A stretch of 63,367 nt of DNA, filler included, from Octopus bimaculoides (GCF_001194135.2; 5 parts of 5 records of this genome joined end to end with filler, not necessarily neighbours in it), one strand, 5' to 3'. Shown: positions 12,831 to 25,168, counted from the first letter of the whole stretch. Notes: generated by a model not told the origin, from the sequence alone. Program-made: numbers and translations.

Positions 12831-14227
12831 TATTACTATTGTTGTTGTTGTTGTTAGTACTGTCCTATCACGTTACTAAAGACTGTGTCTTTAGAATTGC
12901 TAGAATCAGATTCCAGTCAATAACATGAGTTATGTTTTCATTCCTTCTAGGCCTCTCTTTATAACTATCAGATAAGACAGCAATCTCGTAAAGTAAAAAT
13001 CAGCGGGGTTTTTTTTTTTTCATTTTATTTTCCTTAATCTATTATTTTATGTTTTTTCATTTTTAACTTTACTTTCTGATACAAACACGGAGAAGTTATT
13101 GCGAATGAAAGGTGTCAACCTTCATGAGCCCCTCTACAAAACCCCAACACTAAAAATGTAAAAAGTGTGAAGATATAATTCCGAATGAAGATATCACATA
13201 AACAAACAACTATTTCTACGAAATATTTTTGTCAGATAATTTGGAGGGTTGCCTATTTATTTCAACAGTTCAGTTTTATTATTCCGCTTCCAGATATTTC
13301 GGGTGAGAGGAAAGCAACTAACACCTAAACTTTGTAAAAATAAATGTTAACCCTATCCATATTCCTCCGAAAATCTAAATCTTACTAGATAATAGTCCTA
13401 TTATCTCTTCAATCTCTGATAATACACACACACACATGCACGCACACGTACACACAGACAATTGCACACACACACACACGACTGAATGGATAGAAAATAA
13501 GAAGTGTACGTAACGTTAAATTAAGTAAGAAGTTCCAAAATTTGAACAGAAACATAACAAAAGAAAGAACGGAAAATCCACGCAGAAGACGTTGCTAATT
13601 CCTCGTCAGCTATCGTTAACAAGACCCTTACAATTTCCTGACTTTGACGATAAATATTGTTCATTTTTGTTGGCGTCAGTGGCGAGAAGCTGCTGGGAAT
13701 AGCTAAAGAATGTTGGGGACAGTAACGAAAAGCAACACAACAATATAGGAGAATACAAACAAAATAAATTAAATATGGAATTGTAAAACAAATAAGGACT
13801 TATATATATATATATATATATATATNNNNNNNNNNNNNNNNNNNNNNNNNNNNNNNNNNNNNNNNNNNNNNNNNNNNNNNNNNNNNNNNNNNNNNNNNNN
13901 NNNNNNNNNNNNNNNNNNNNNNNNNNNNNNNNNNNNNNNNNNNNNNNNNNNNNNNNNNNNNNNNNNNNNNNNNNNNNNNNNNNNNNNNNNNNNNNNNNNN
14001 NNNNNNNNNNNNNNNNNNNNNNNNNNNNNNNNNNNNNNNNNNNNNNNNNNNNNNNNNNNNNNNNNNNNNNNNNNNNNNNNNNNNNNNNNNNNNNNNNNNN
14101 NNNNNNNNNNNNNNNNNNNNNNNNNNNNNNNNNNNNNNNNNNNNNNNNNNNNNNNNNNNNNNNNNNNNNNNNNNNNNNNNNNNNNNNTATATATATATAT
14201 ATATTCAGTCGAATGAATTGACTCCAT

Positions 14228-14660
14228 TACTTATTTTTTGCTGAGCTGGGTACTTATTCTATCGGTCCCTCTTACCGAACCGCTAGTTTCAGAAACGTAA
14301 ACACACCTACACCAGATGTCAAGCTGAGGTGGTGGTGGATTACATAGACACAAAGACACACACATAGATGCATATATCTGACCGCGTGTGTATCGTTGGC
14401 GATTTTCTTTCTCCGTCTTCCCTTCTTTGGACTTTTTCTATATTTCTGATGAAGAGCTCCGCTCGAAACGTGAAATCCTCTTTCTTTTCTTTATATTTAT
14501 GACGGGTTTCTTTCACTTTCAGTCTACCAAATCCACTCACAAAGCTTTAGTCGACCCGTGGCTACAGCAGAAATCACCTGCCCAAGGTACCATGCAGTGT
14601 GACTGAACTCAGAACCATGTGGCTGAGAATCAAGTTTTTTGCCACCCAGTCACGCTAGCG
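14228..14660 (-). mobile_element. SINE family C carrying an insertion in its internal microsatellite
   Basis: Both halves match 3168-3482 in reverse; an extra ~110 bp at ~14390-14500. Confidence 0.75.
14442..14476 (+). ncRNA. Minimal hammerhead-ribozyme-like motif (Penelope-type), G at position 17
   Basis: ATTT-CTGATGA-A-GAGC-TCC-GCTC-GAAAC-GT-G-AAAT. Confidence 0.6.
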
Positions 14661-15663
14661 CCTATATCTATATACGTGTGCGAGCGCGCATACCATGAGC
14701 GTTTATATATGTAAGAACTAAAAATACAAAGGACTTAACTTTTAGAAAAATATTCTTTTCTACTCTAGGCACAAGGCCCGAAATTTTAGGGGAAGGCGGG
14801 GCAGTCAATTAGATCGACCCCAGTACGCAACTGGTACTTAATTTATCGACCCGGAAAGGATGAAAGGCAAAGTTAATTTATTGAACTTAATGTGGTCTGT
14901 TTCTACTTTAATGTGTTTTGGTGTCAGTTTTCGTTACCAAATCCATTCACGCGGTTTTGATCGGCCCCAAGGTGCCAGGCAGTGGAACTAAACCCGAAAC
15001 CATATATATATATATANNNNNNNNNNNNNNNNNNNNNNNNNNNNNNNNNNNNNNNNNNNNNNNNNNNNNNNNNNNNNNNNNNNNNNNNNNNNNNNNNNNN
15101 NNNNNNNNNNNNNNNNNNNNNNNNNNNNNNNNNNNNNNNNNNNNNNNNNNNNNNNNNNNNNNNNNNNNNNNNNNNNNNNNNNNNNNNNNNNNNNNNNNNN
15201 NNNNNNNNNNNNNNNNNNNNNNNNNNNNNNNNNNNNNNNNNNNNNNNNNNNNNNNNNNNNNNNNNNNNNNNNNNNNNNNNNNNNNNNNNNNNNNNNNNNN
15301 NNNNNNNNNNNNNNNNNNNNNNNNNNNNNNNNNNNNNNNNNNNNNNNNNNNNNNNNNNNNNNNNNNNNNNNNNNNNNNNNNNNNNNNNNNNNNNNNNNNN
15401 NNNNNNNNNNNNNNNNNNNNNNNNNNNNNNNNNNNNNNNNNNNNNNNNNNNNNNNNNNNNNNNNNNNNNNNNNNNNNNNNNNNNNNNNNNNNNNNNNNNN
15501 NNNNNNNNNNNNNNNNNNNNNNNNNNNNNNNNNNNNNNNNNNNNNNNNNNNNNNNNNNNNNNNNNNNNNNNNNNNNNNNNNNNNNNNNNNNNNNNNNNNN
15601 NNNNNNNNNNNNNNNNNNNNNNNNNNNNNNNNNNNNNNNNNNNNTATAGTGTGAATGGATAGA

Positions 15664-15990
15664 GTGAAGGCGCGTGGCCCAGTGGTTACGGTATTCGGCT
15701 CACGATCATAAGGACATGAGTTCAATTCTCGGCGACGCGTTGTATCCTTGAGCAAGACACTTTATTTCATGTTGCTCCAGTCCACTCAGCTGGCAAGAAT
15801 GAGTAGTACCTGTGTTGCAAAGGGCCGGCCTTGTCACACTCTGTGTCACGCTGAATCTCCCTGAGAAGTATGTTAAAGAGTACACGTGTCTGTGGAGTGC
15901 TCAGCCTCTTTGCACGTTAATTTCACGAGCAGGCTGTTCCGTTGATCGGATCAACTGGAACCCTCGTCCGTCGTAACCGACGGAGTGCCA
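15664..15990 (+). mobile_element. tRNA-headed SINE: head B plus the 3' tail shared with family A
   Basis: Head matches 38930-39229 (-); last ~170 bp match the tail of 19461-19818. Confidence 0.8.
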
Positions 15991-16466
15991 GTTAGTTAGA
16001 ACGGATAAGGATAATACATCTAGCTTGGTACTGTTCAAGCACTATAGTATAATCCAAATTCTGGCTAGCCGCATCAAATGATATGGAATAACTTGAAGTT
16101 ATTCAAGGTAACCAATCACACGGTCTTGTTTATAGTCACTTTAATGTGGCTGTCCTCTAAGGGAAGGCGATACTGCTATTTAACCATAGGAAAACATCTC
16201 ATCCAGATGGGTTTATTCAGTGTGCTTCTCGCACCCGATATCTATTGCAAGCGGGAGATAACTCCTGCCACCCTAGCTTCAAGACTACCAGACCACGTGG
16301 TTTTGATTTGTATTGACCACATTAAAGTGGCCATAAGCAATACTTATGGTTCGTATACTGCATCTATCTCGAACAGGGATTTTTGTAGCGGACTAATCAC
16401 GGGGTATTTCACTCGATAGGTAAATTTTGACTTCACTTCGCTGGATTATAAATAGTCTACTGAGTG

Positions 16467-17384
16467 TACGAGGTTACTCAAAGGAAACCGGAAGTTTGCA
16501 ATATTATTTTATTCACTTAGATTTACATGTTTACACTTTTATCGTCTTCAAAGTATTCTCCACTTGAAGCAATGCATCTGTCCAGATGCGTTTTCTACCG
16601 TTGGAAGCAGCGTTGGAACTCTTGCGAAGTGATACCTTTTAACACCGTGTTTTTAACGTCTTTTTTTTCCCCCCTTCACCTCTTCCACATCTGCAAATTC
16701 CGTAGCACCAGCTTTCGTCACCAGTGATTATCATTGAGGAAAGGTCCGGATCAATTTCCAACTGTTCTTTCAGTTCGTAACACGCATTCAGTCGTAATTG
16801 CTTTTGATCTTCTGTGAGCAAGTGAGGCACAAATTTTGGTACAACTCTTTTCATTCATAATTCCTCGCTCAAAATTCGTTGGCAGCAGCTCCAGGACATA
16901 CCAGTCATATCAACAAGTTCATCAATTATTCGGTGACGTTCCTCCAAGATCGGTTCTTGAATTTTCATGTTTTCATTCATTCGGGGGGTCTACGGATATC
17001 CCTGAACGAGGTTGGTCTTCAAGTGACAAGTGACCATTCCTAAAGAGTGAAAATCGCTTGTAAACTTGCGTTTTCCTCATGGCAGCGTCCATGTTAGGTG
17101 TTTGAAGCGTGACAACTGTTTCGACCGCCGTTTTCCCCAGCAGAAAACAGAATTTCACGGAAGAACGCTGTTCCTTCGATTCAGCCATCGCAAAAATCGA
17201 CAAACACGGGAGAAGCTTGCAAAACAAAGACACACCACATGGCAGTACGACTTCAAATGACAACGCCAGTCAACAGATTGATACCTGGGGGTCGCATCAA
17301 GTGGCTTCTAGCTGCAGAAGCCTGAACTACAACGGGCTTGTCTCATAGAGAACGTTTCCGGTTACTTTTGGGTAACCCCTCGTA
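16467..17384 (-). mobile_element. Mariner (DD34D/SETMAR-like) with internal deletion
   Basis: TA-bounded TIRs TACGAGG..TACxCAAA.G.AACCGGAA; ORFs EQRSSVKFCFLLGK... and KFVP...IITGDESWCYG; second and third catalytic residues missing. Confidence 0.85.
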
Positions 17385-17639
17385 TAGCCAAGACATTAAA
17401 ATAAAGAAAGAGAATTATACATCTATACAATTTTTATTACTACAAACTTTTATACAGTATACTCTTTTTAAACCTCTCTCCTACATGTGTATCCACTACA
17501 TGGATATCTTGCCATGTGGTGTCATTTGCATCCTGTTGGTTCTGCTGCATTCAGATATTTTCCTGGTTAAAAACGTATACATGAAGCTTTATTCAGGGTG
17601 TGGTACCTAGTTGCCACATATCCTTTTATTCTGTTATTC

Positions 17640-18225
17640 TTTTCCTTGTTTCAGTCATTTCACAGCGGCCATGCTGTAGCAACGCCTTAAAGGGTTTTTT
17701 TTTTAGTTGAAGAAACTGACTCCAAAATTTATTCTTTGGCCGAACCGCTAATTTACGGGGACGTAAACTCACCAACATCGGTTGTCAAGCGATGGTGGGA
17801 AGACAAACACAAACACAAACACACAAATAAATATATACAAATATTATAGATATAGGGTAAAGAATAATTAATTAATAAATTAATAATTAATAATTTTACT
17901 AAGTAGTTCGGTATGGAAAAAAACCCATTATCGGTAAAAACGTGTATATACAAATATATATACATTTATACGACGAGCTTCTTCCAGTTTCTAATTTCTT
18001 TATTGCCCACAAAGGGCTAAACATAGAGGAGACAAACAAGGACAGACAAAGGGATTAAGTCGATTACATCGACCCCAGTGCGTAACTGGTACTTAATTTA
18101 TCGACCCTGAAAGGATGAAAGGCAAAGTCGAACTCGGCAGAATTTGAACTCAGAACATAACGGCAGACGAAATATCGCTAAGCATTTCACCCGGCGCGCT
18201 ACCGTTTCTGCCACATCGCCGCCTT
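17640..18225 (-). mobile_element. Adjacent SINE family C (~17640-17990) and family D (~17995-18225) copies
   Basis: Reverse matches to 3168-3482 and 12385-12600. Confidence 0.75.
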
Positions 18226-19319
18226 CTTCCAGNNNNNNNNNNNNNNNNNNNNNNNNNNNNNNNNNNNNNNNNNNNNNNNNNNNNNNNNNNNNNNNNNNNN
18301 NNNNNNNNNNNNNNNNNNNNNNNNNNNNNNNNNNNNNNNNNNNNNNNNNNNNNNNNNNNNNNNNNNNNNNNNNNNNNNNNNNNNNNNNNNNNNNNNNNNN
18401 NNNNNNNNNNNNNNNNNNNNNNNNNNNNNNNNNNNNNNNNNNNNNNNNNNNNNNNNNNNNNNNNNNNNNNNNNNNNNNNNNNNNNNNNNNNNNNNNTATA
18501 TATGTATATGTATGTATATATATATGTATATATATATACATACATACATACATACAATATTTAAAATAGAATATTAATTTTTTGTACTTAATGGTTGTTT
18601 CTAATTAAATCGCGAATTATCCACGGGGTCAGCAAGTTTGTATTAAATGACCAGCCTTCTCACACACTGTGCAGCGATCATTCAGCCTGAAAATTGTACT
18701 TGGAGTTTAGGAGTCTGCGAACTGGTTCAGACATTTAGATGTTAGTGCAATTAATTGTGGTGTTCGGCTGATTGAGTAAATGAATAATCATCGTCGAAAG
18801 CGACGGAGATCCGATGACTATATGAACTTATAAAATAATGACGTTTGATTTAAGTTACACAGCCATAAATTTTGGCAGACGAACAGCTGAATAAATCTAT
18901 CCATACCTTTGACTGGCGATTTATTCTGTTGACTCTGGAAGAATAAAAGCAAAAAAGTCAAACTCGGTGGCATTTGAACTCGAAACGTAAAGAAACTTTA
19001 AACTAAACACTACAAATAATGTTTGCTGTCACCACCGCTGCTGCTGCCGCCACCACCACTGTTGCTACCGCCACAGCCGCCATCGCTCTGCTTTGCGGTC
19101 TATGATAAAAATTCTTAAAATAGACTTAAATAAAAATCATTGTATTTGTTCTTTCAAATATTCATTCCATTTGACTAAGCACAAAGCTGTTTAGTTATGA
19201 GATGTAATGTTGCGACTGTCATGCATTTACCGGGGTATGATAATGTGAGATTGTACCAAAGGAGGTCTAGATCCGGGACCCGATGTAGGCTCACCTGGAA
19301 TGCATTCGTTTCTCTACAA

Positions 19320-20034
19320 CAGCGGTTCTCAACCAAGGTCCATATGGACCCTGAGATTTTGGAGGTTGGGGTCCACTCAGTAAAATAGTAAACTGGGGAT
19401 CCACAATAGAACTTCAAGGGCCCCCCGAAAAAGTTTTGCTTTAGATGTATGTATTGGTATGTGGAAGCGCAATGGCCCAGTGGTTAGGGCAGCGGACTCG
19501 TGGTCGTAGGATCGCGGTTTCGATTCCCAGACCGGGCATTGTGAGTGTTTATTGAGCGAGGCTCCAGCAGGGGATGGTGGTGAACCCTGCTGTACTCTTC
19601 CACCACAACTTTCTCTCACTCTTACTTCCTGTTTCTGTTGTACCTGCATTTCAAAGGGCCAGCCTTGTCACACTCTGTGTCACGCTGAATCTCCCCGAGA
19701 ACTACGTTAAGGGTACACGTGTCTGTGGAGTGCTCAACCACTTGCACGTTAATTTCACGAGCAGGCTGTTACGGATCAACTGGAACCCTCGTCGTCGTAA
19801 CCGACGGAGTGCCAACCAATGTATTGGTATGTATTGCAAGAAACTGTTCGGTGTCTTTTCTCTAACATTTTACATAGTTCAACTTACACAAGTTAATATG
19901 CGAAAAATCAAATAGGAATTTTGAAAGAAGTCTCTGAAAAACCAGTTTTTTATACATCAAATGGCTACGGGGTCCACCAGAATAAAATAGTAATCAAAGG
20001 GGTCCATAGATAAGAAATGACTGAGAACTCCCTC
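19320..20034. mobile_element. hAT-type MITE with a nested SINE
   Basis: Left TIR CAGCGGTTCTCAACC, degenerate right TIR, exact 8-bp TSD CTCTACAA (19312-19319 and 20035-20042). Confidence 0.8.
19461..19818 (+). mobile_element. tRNA-headed SINE family A with 12-bp TSD
   Basis: TSD ATGTATTGGTAT at 19449-19460 and 19819-19830. Confidence 0.9.
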
Positions 20035-20595
20035 CTCTACAACATTTGTCTTAAAATTGTTTCTAATTTAAGCATAAGGCCTATAGTTTTGAGGTGGGGG
20101 AGTTAGTCAATACTACCACCCTTAGCCTTCAATTGGTATTTTAATTTATCGATTTCGGAAGATTTCGGAAGTTGATTAAATGTGAACCATTATTTTTGCA
20201 TTAAAGTATGTCCATTATCTTTGCCGGTCCACCTACATTAGTGAGATCGATGTGGTAAATATCCCACTCGGATAGATTTATTCAGCAGGGGGAAAAAAAA
20301 CTAAGTGACTAAGTAGAAAAGCGAGGATTAATTCAAATAATTACAACAGAGTCAAATAGGCTAAATAGGCTAAAAAACAAGTTGTGACGTTAAACCGGGC
20401 TTACTCACCACCCACAATGTCAAAAATGGCATCAACTTAAGTTGAGTTCAATAAGATCTGGGATTTGAACATAGGCTGTAAGGAATAAGAAGAAATAGCG
20501 CAAGAGATTTTCCTACTCTCCTAAATCTACGGCCCTGCACTTGTCTTAAAATGTAATGTTATGACGTTGGTTTAGTTTGGAAGAAGCTGTATTAA

Positions 20596-20812
20596 CGGTT
20601 TCAAATTTTGGTACATGGCCAGCAATATTAGGAGAGGAATAAGTCGATTACATAGACCTCAGGGTTCGACTGGTACTTATTTCATCGATCCCGAAAGGGT
20701 GAAAGGCAAAGTCAGCCTCGGTAGAATTTGAACTTAGAACGTAAAGCCAGGAGAAATGCTGCTAAGCAATTTTTCCGACCATTTTTCTAACGATTGTGCC
20801 AGCTCGCCACCT
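20596..20812 (-). mobile_element. SINE family D
   Basis: Reverse match to 12385-12600. Confidence 0.7.
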
Positions 20813-21175
20813 GAAACAATATCGACCCTTAAAACGACGAACGTTACCAATTGATGCTTCATTAGATAACAGCAGACATCAACAATTGATGTTTCAAAAA
20901 TTTTACGGCTATCATCAATTGACGTTCGAGGGTCTATTTCGTCAAGTGCGCCTAAGCGTAAGCGGCTCTCGTTACCGATAGGAGAAACCAAATCGCAACA
21001 ATTCGACCCCAGAATTTATTTTAAAGCCTAGTACTTATTTTATCAGTCTCCTTGCCGAACCGTTAAGATACGGGGACGTCAACTCACCAGTACCGGTTGT
21101 CAAGCAATGATGGGGAGAGGGTAAACAAAGATACAACAACCCATACACATAGATATATACATATATATATAATCA

Positions 21176-21330
21176 AAATAAGCAACAAGGATATTCAAAG
21201 TTAATGCAGTACGATCGTTTCATGCGATTCCATTTATTTAAGCAATGTGAACATTACACATTGCTTAAATAAATGGAGTCGCATGAAACGATCGTACTGC
21301 ATTAACATTGGATATCCTTGTTGCTTATTT
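21176..21330. repeat. 74-bp-arm palindrome, 7-nt loop, 3 mismatches
   Basis: 21176-21249 pairs with 21257-21330. Confidence 0.95.
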
Positions 21331-22569
21331 AAATTTTAATCACCTTATTTGGGAATTGTATGGATAATATCATAATTAATTCTGGTGCCTAAACTTAAGT
21401 ATCATATTCACCTTGAATCTAAATTTTTTACACACACACACACACACANNNNNNNNNNNNNNNNNNNNNNNNNNNNNNNNNNNNNNNNNNNNNNNNNNNN
21501 NNNNNNNNNNNNNNNNNNNNNNNNNNNNNNNNNNNNNNNNNNNNNNNNNNNNNNNNNNNNNNNNNNTATATATATATATATATATATATTTATTTATATG
21601 ACGGGCTTCTTTCTGTTTCCGTCAGCCGAATCCACTCACAAGGCTTTGGACGGCCCGAGCTAGAATAGAAGACTTCCCAAGGTGCCACACAGAAAAAAAA
21701 AGAAGACGTTGATAGATAAAGAAGCGATGATTAATCTGAATATTTGCAATACAGTCAAATATGCTATAAGAACCAAGTAGTGGTGTGAAATTGGGTGGCG
21801 AGTTCATCCTACCTACCACCCACAATGTCAGAAATGGCACCAACCTATCGTCGAAGCCAAGGTGTAGTCTTGGCACACTTTCTTAGCTTATTCTTTATTA
21901 TTAAAACCGTGCTCGGCCACAATCGTAAGCCATTTTGTTATTTTTTTTTAAACAGCTGCACTTTACCATCAAAACGTCATTAAAAGAGCGTTCAGCTTGG
22001 TTAACTTCAAAAGAATTATCTTCCAGCAGAGCAATGAGCTTCTTGTTATCGCAACGATCACTACTGCAAAGGAGCTGTTAAGGAGCTTGCTGATAGATAA
22101 TTTCGGCATTTTCTTTCTTTGAAATTATCATTTATTAAGAATTTTCAAGCCATAATCTTAATGAGGTGTTTGGTCGAGCTGGCTGACTTCTCTCTCAAGC
22201 AATTCATACATATACACGTACACACACATACACATGTATATTTACAAACATGCATGCTTACATATATGCATACATACATAATTACATATGTACATATATA
22301 CATACACACGCACACACACAAACACACATTCTGACAAAAATAAATTTCTGAAGCTTTTTTTTTTTTTTTTAAACTCTGACGCTAAACTGCAAACTAAAAT
22401 ATAACAATAGTATCCAAGCAATTAAATCCATCAACATAGTCTTCAGCAAGGTTAATGATTAATCTCAATGACAATCAAAGTTATAACTATCAGGGGAAGA
22501 GAGTAGGGGGAATAAATATACTCGTTTTCTTGTTTCGTTCATTGGATGGCGTCCATAATGGAGAACCGT

Positions 22570-22641
22570 TATAAAGGGATCTTGTGGTTGAGTATAAAGG
22601 GATTTTGTGGTTGAGTATAAAGGGATTTTGTGGTTGAGTAT
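22570..22641 (+). repeat. 23-bp tandem repeat x3
   Basis: TATAAAGGGAT(C/T)TTGTGGTTGAG at 22570, 22593 and 22616. Confidence 0.9.
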
Positions 22642-22764
22642 GTCTGAATGTTGGACAGCTAATGCGATGGGATATAAACAAAGGCACCATTTGCTTTAAA
22701 GCGGTGTCAATGGAAAGACTCACTGCCACTCACACGTAACCTCCCCCTCTCTCTCTCCACATAT

Positions 22765-23068
22765 ATACAAAAATAAGAGGAATGACCAGCAAAAGTGGAC
22801 TCCTATATGCTAGAAATAGATGTTGAATCATCTAACCACGAAGAATATGTTATCAGTAAAAATTTCAGCGACACAACAGACCGTAAAACCATGGTACGTA
22901 GGTTAATCGTTTTTTTATTTAGTATTTTTTCATTTGTCTTGCCCTTTTACGGTCTGTTGTGTCGCTGAAATTTTTACTGAGAACATATTCTTCGTGGTTA
23001 GATGATTCGGCATCTATTTCTAGCATATAGGAGTCCACTTTTGCTGGTCATTCCTCTTAGTTTTGTAT
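22765..23068. repeat. 124-bp-arm inverted repeat, 56-bp spacer, 4 mismatches
   Basis: 22765-22888 pairs with 22945-23068. Confidence 0.95.
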
Positions 23069-23147
23069 GTAATATAATTTTAATCTTCGGATTTTTTTTA
23101 ATATGCTAGACCACTATTTTTAATTGATTAATATCAATTTCTACCCT

Positions 23148-23207
<60 letters not shown>

Positions 23208-23292
23208 TCAGTAGTTCATATATCCGTAAAAGAAGCACACTCTAAAACATTAGGACAGTAATGTATTTTTTAGGAAGTTAAAAGTCATGGCC

Positions 23293-23365
23293 GGTCATAG
23301 CGTGACCATTGGTTTCACACCTATAAAACGCTTGGCAGTATAGGCAACTCATCAGACTCACATAG
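23293..23365 (-). ncRNA. Type I hammerhead-like motif with GUC cleavage triplet
   Basis: On -: CTGATGA (23355-23349), stem II CCTATA/TATAGG plus wobbles, GAAAC-C-AAT-G-GTC; stem I weak. Confidence 0.5.
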
Positions 23366-23979
23366 CTGACGAGTCGCCTGTTCTGTTAAGCGCTTTGCAG
23401 TGGCAAAACCAATAGCCACTTTCTCTTTCTTTGCTTTACTTTTGTCTTCCTCCCATTCCCTTATTCTCTCTTTCTTTCCTCATTACTTAACTTCTTCCTT
23501 TGTTCTGGATTTCTATATCTTTCTCTTGTCTCCGTTTTCCTTTGCGTTACCTCACATCAGTGTCTTGAGGCCGCACGGCCTTTTTTGTTGTATATGTATG
23601 CTTTATCTTGGCGTGTTTGTTTTCCTCATTCTCTCGTGCATTCGTTAGCTATTCATAGTAGCTTCTCACCACTGGCGTCACCAAAAGTGAACAATATTAA
23701 CGTTAAAAACACGAAATTGTAAAGATCTTTTGGTTGTTGACTGATGAGGAATAAGCTACGAATTTTCTATTAGTTTGAAGCATCCAAGCAGCCAGGGGAT
23801 GTTTAAATCCGAAGGCACTCCTGGGAATCACCTGTGCGGGTACCGTCTTGGTTAGAGGGCATCTAGAGGCAGGTAATTTACTGTTTAAACCGTAGTTTAT
23901 AATTATATTTATGTGGAAAATGGAGCAACAAATACAAGAAGAAGCAATTCTGTTGGGCTAGTTAGCCATTGTTTTATTA

Positions 23980-24056
23980 TGTGGAGGTTATGTAATGAGT
24001 CATTGTGGAATGACTAATTACATAACCTCCACAATGACTCATTACATAACCTCCAC
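23980..24056. repeat. 24-bp minisatellite with an orientation switch, running into a gap
   Basis: Unit AATGACTCATTACATAACCTCCAC; 23980-24004 pairs with 24009-24033 (1 mismatch). Confidence 0.85.
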
Positions 24057-25115
24057 NNNNNNNNNNNNNNNNNNNNNNNNNNNNNNNNNNNNNNNNNNNN
24101 NNNNNNNNNNNNNNNNNNNNNNNNNNNNNNNNNNNNNNNNNNNNNNNNNNNNNNNNNNNNNNNNNNNNNNNNNNNNNNNNNNNNNNNNNNNNNNNNNNNN
24201 NNNNNNNNNNNNNNNNNNNNNNNNNNNNNNNNNNNNNNNNNNNNNNNNNNNNNNNNNNNNNNNNNNNNNNNNNNNNNNNNNNNNNNNNNNNNNNNNNNNN
24301 NNNNNNNNNNNNNAAGTTTATAAACATAATAAATGCACAAACGAACGGAAAACAGATATAGACGGTTACCAAATCCTCATTCATCAGTTATCAGTCAGAG
24401 GGTCGAACGCAGTTTAGCACCTTTAACGATAAGATTACTTCCCTTCTGGTGGTGCCGGAACAAGAAGCTGCCGAGAAATGGGACCAAAAACATAACAGGA
24501 CGAGAACGAACAGATAATAAATAGAATAAACAAGCCATACAGAAGTGGACATAAAAACATGGATAAATGTGATTCAAGACGAAACCATTAGGAGACAAAC
24601 GAGGGATAAAGACGAAGTAAAATTTATCGTGCAGCATCTATATTCCTCCCTGTGCCTGTGAAAACTTATATCCCTGCCGTAAGGCTTTATTTCCACACGC
24701 GCCAGCTTAATTTAATTCGTCCTTAGTTGAAAGACATCTGTTGTTATGCCCTTTTATTTGTATTTGTGTAACATTCTCCGTTTTTTTTTCCCGTCCTTGT
24801 TTTCGTATACATTTGCTGCTTTCTTCCAAGGAATCTAATGCTCTTAGCTTAGTTTTTCTTTGGGGCTAGCCAGGTTGGAGCAATCTCGAGTGTAACAAGC
24901 TGAAATTGCAAAGATAATCTGGAACTAGACTGAGAAAAGAAAACTGCGAATGACCCGTCCTTGTTTTCTTTGTATTGTCTGTCTGGATGTTTTGTTGTCC
25001 CTTTTTTGTATCACTTAACTGTCTGGATGTTTTGCGTTCTTGTCCCATTCTGTATTTTTCATATATAAAAATATAGCGGCATATATACACTTTGGTCTCT
25101 CTATATACATACATG

Positions 25116-25168
<53 letters not shown>

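Noticed and set aside
16078-16419. 113-aa ORF containing a 13-bp inverted repeat (16137-16149 / 16317-16329)
   Set aside because: No recognisable domain or splice signals; the IR is short and has no TSD
19465-19535. tRNA-like heads of SINEs
   Set aside because: No complete cloverleaf, and they continue into SINE bodies; not tRNA genes
20409-20475. Apparent - strand exon with good acceptor and donor; 30 bp shared with ~21812-21845
   Set aside because: Stops in all three frames and overlap with a decayed SINE D fragment
22570-24056. Short tandem repeats considered as a CRISPR-like array
   Set aside because: No unique spacers, eukaryotic context, no cas genes
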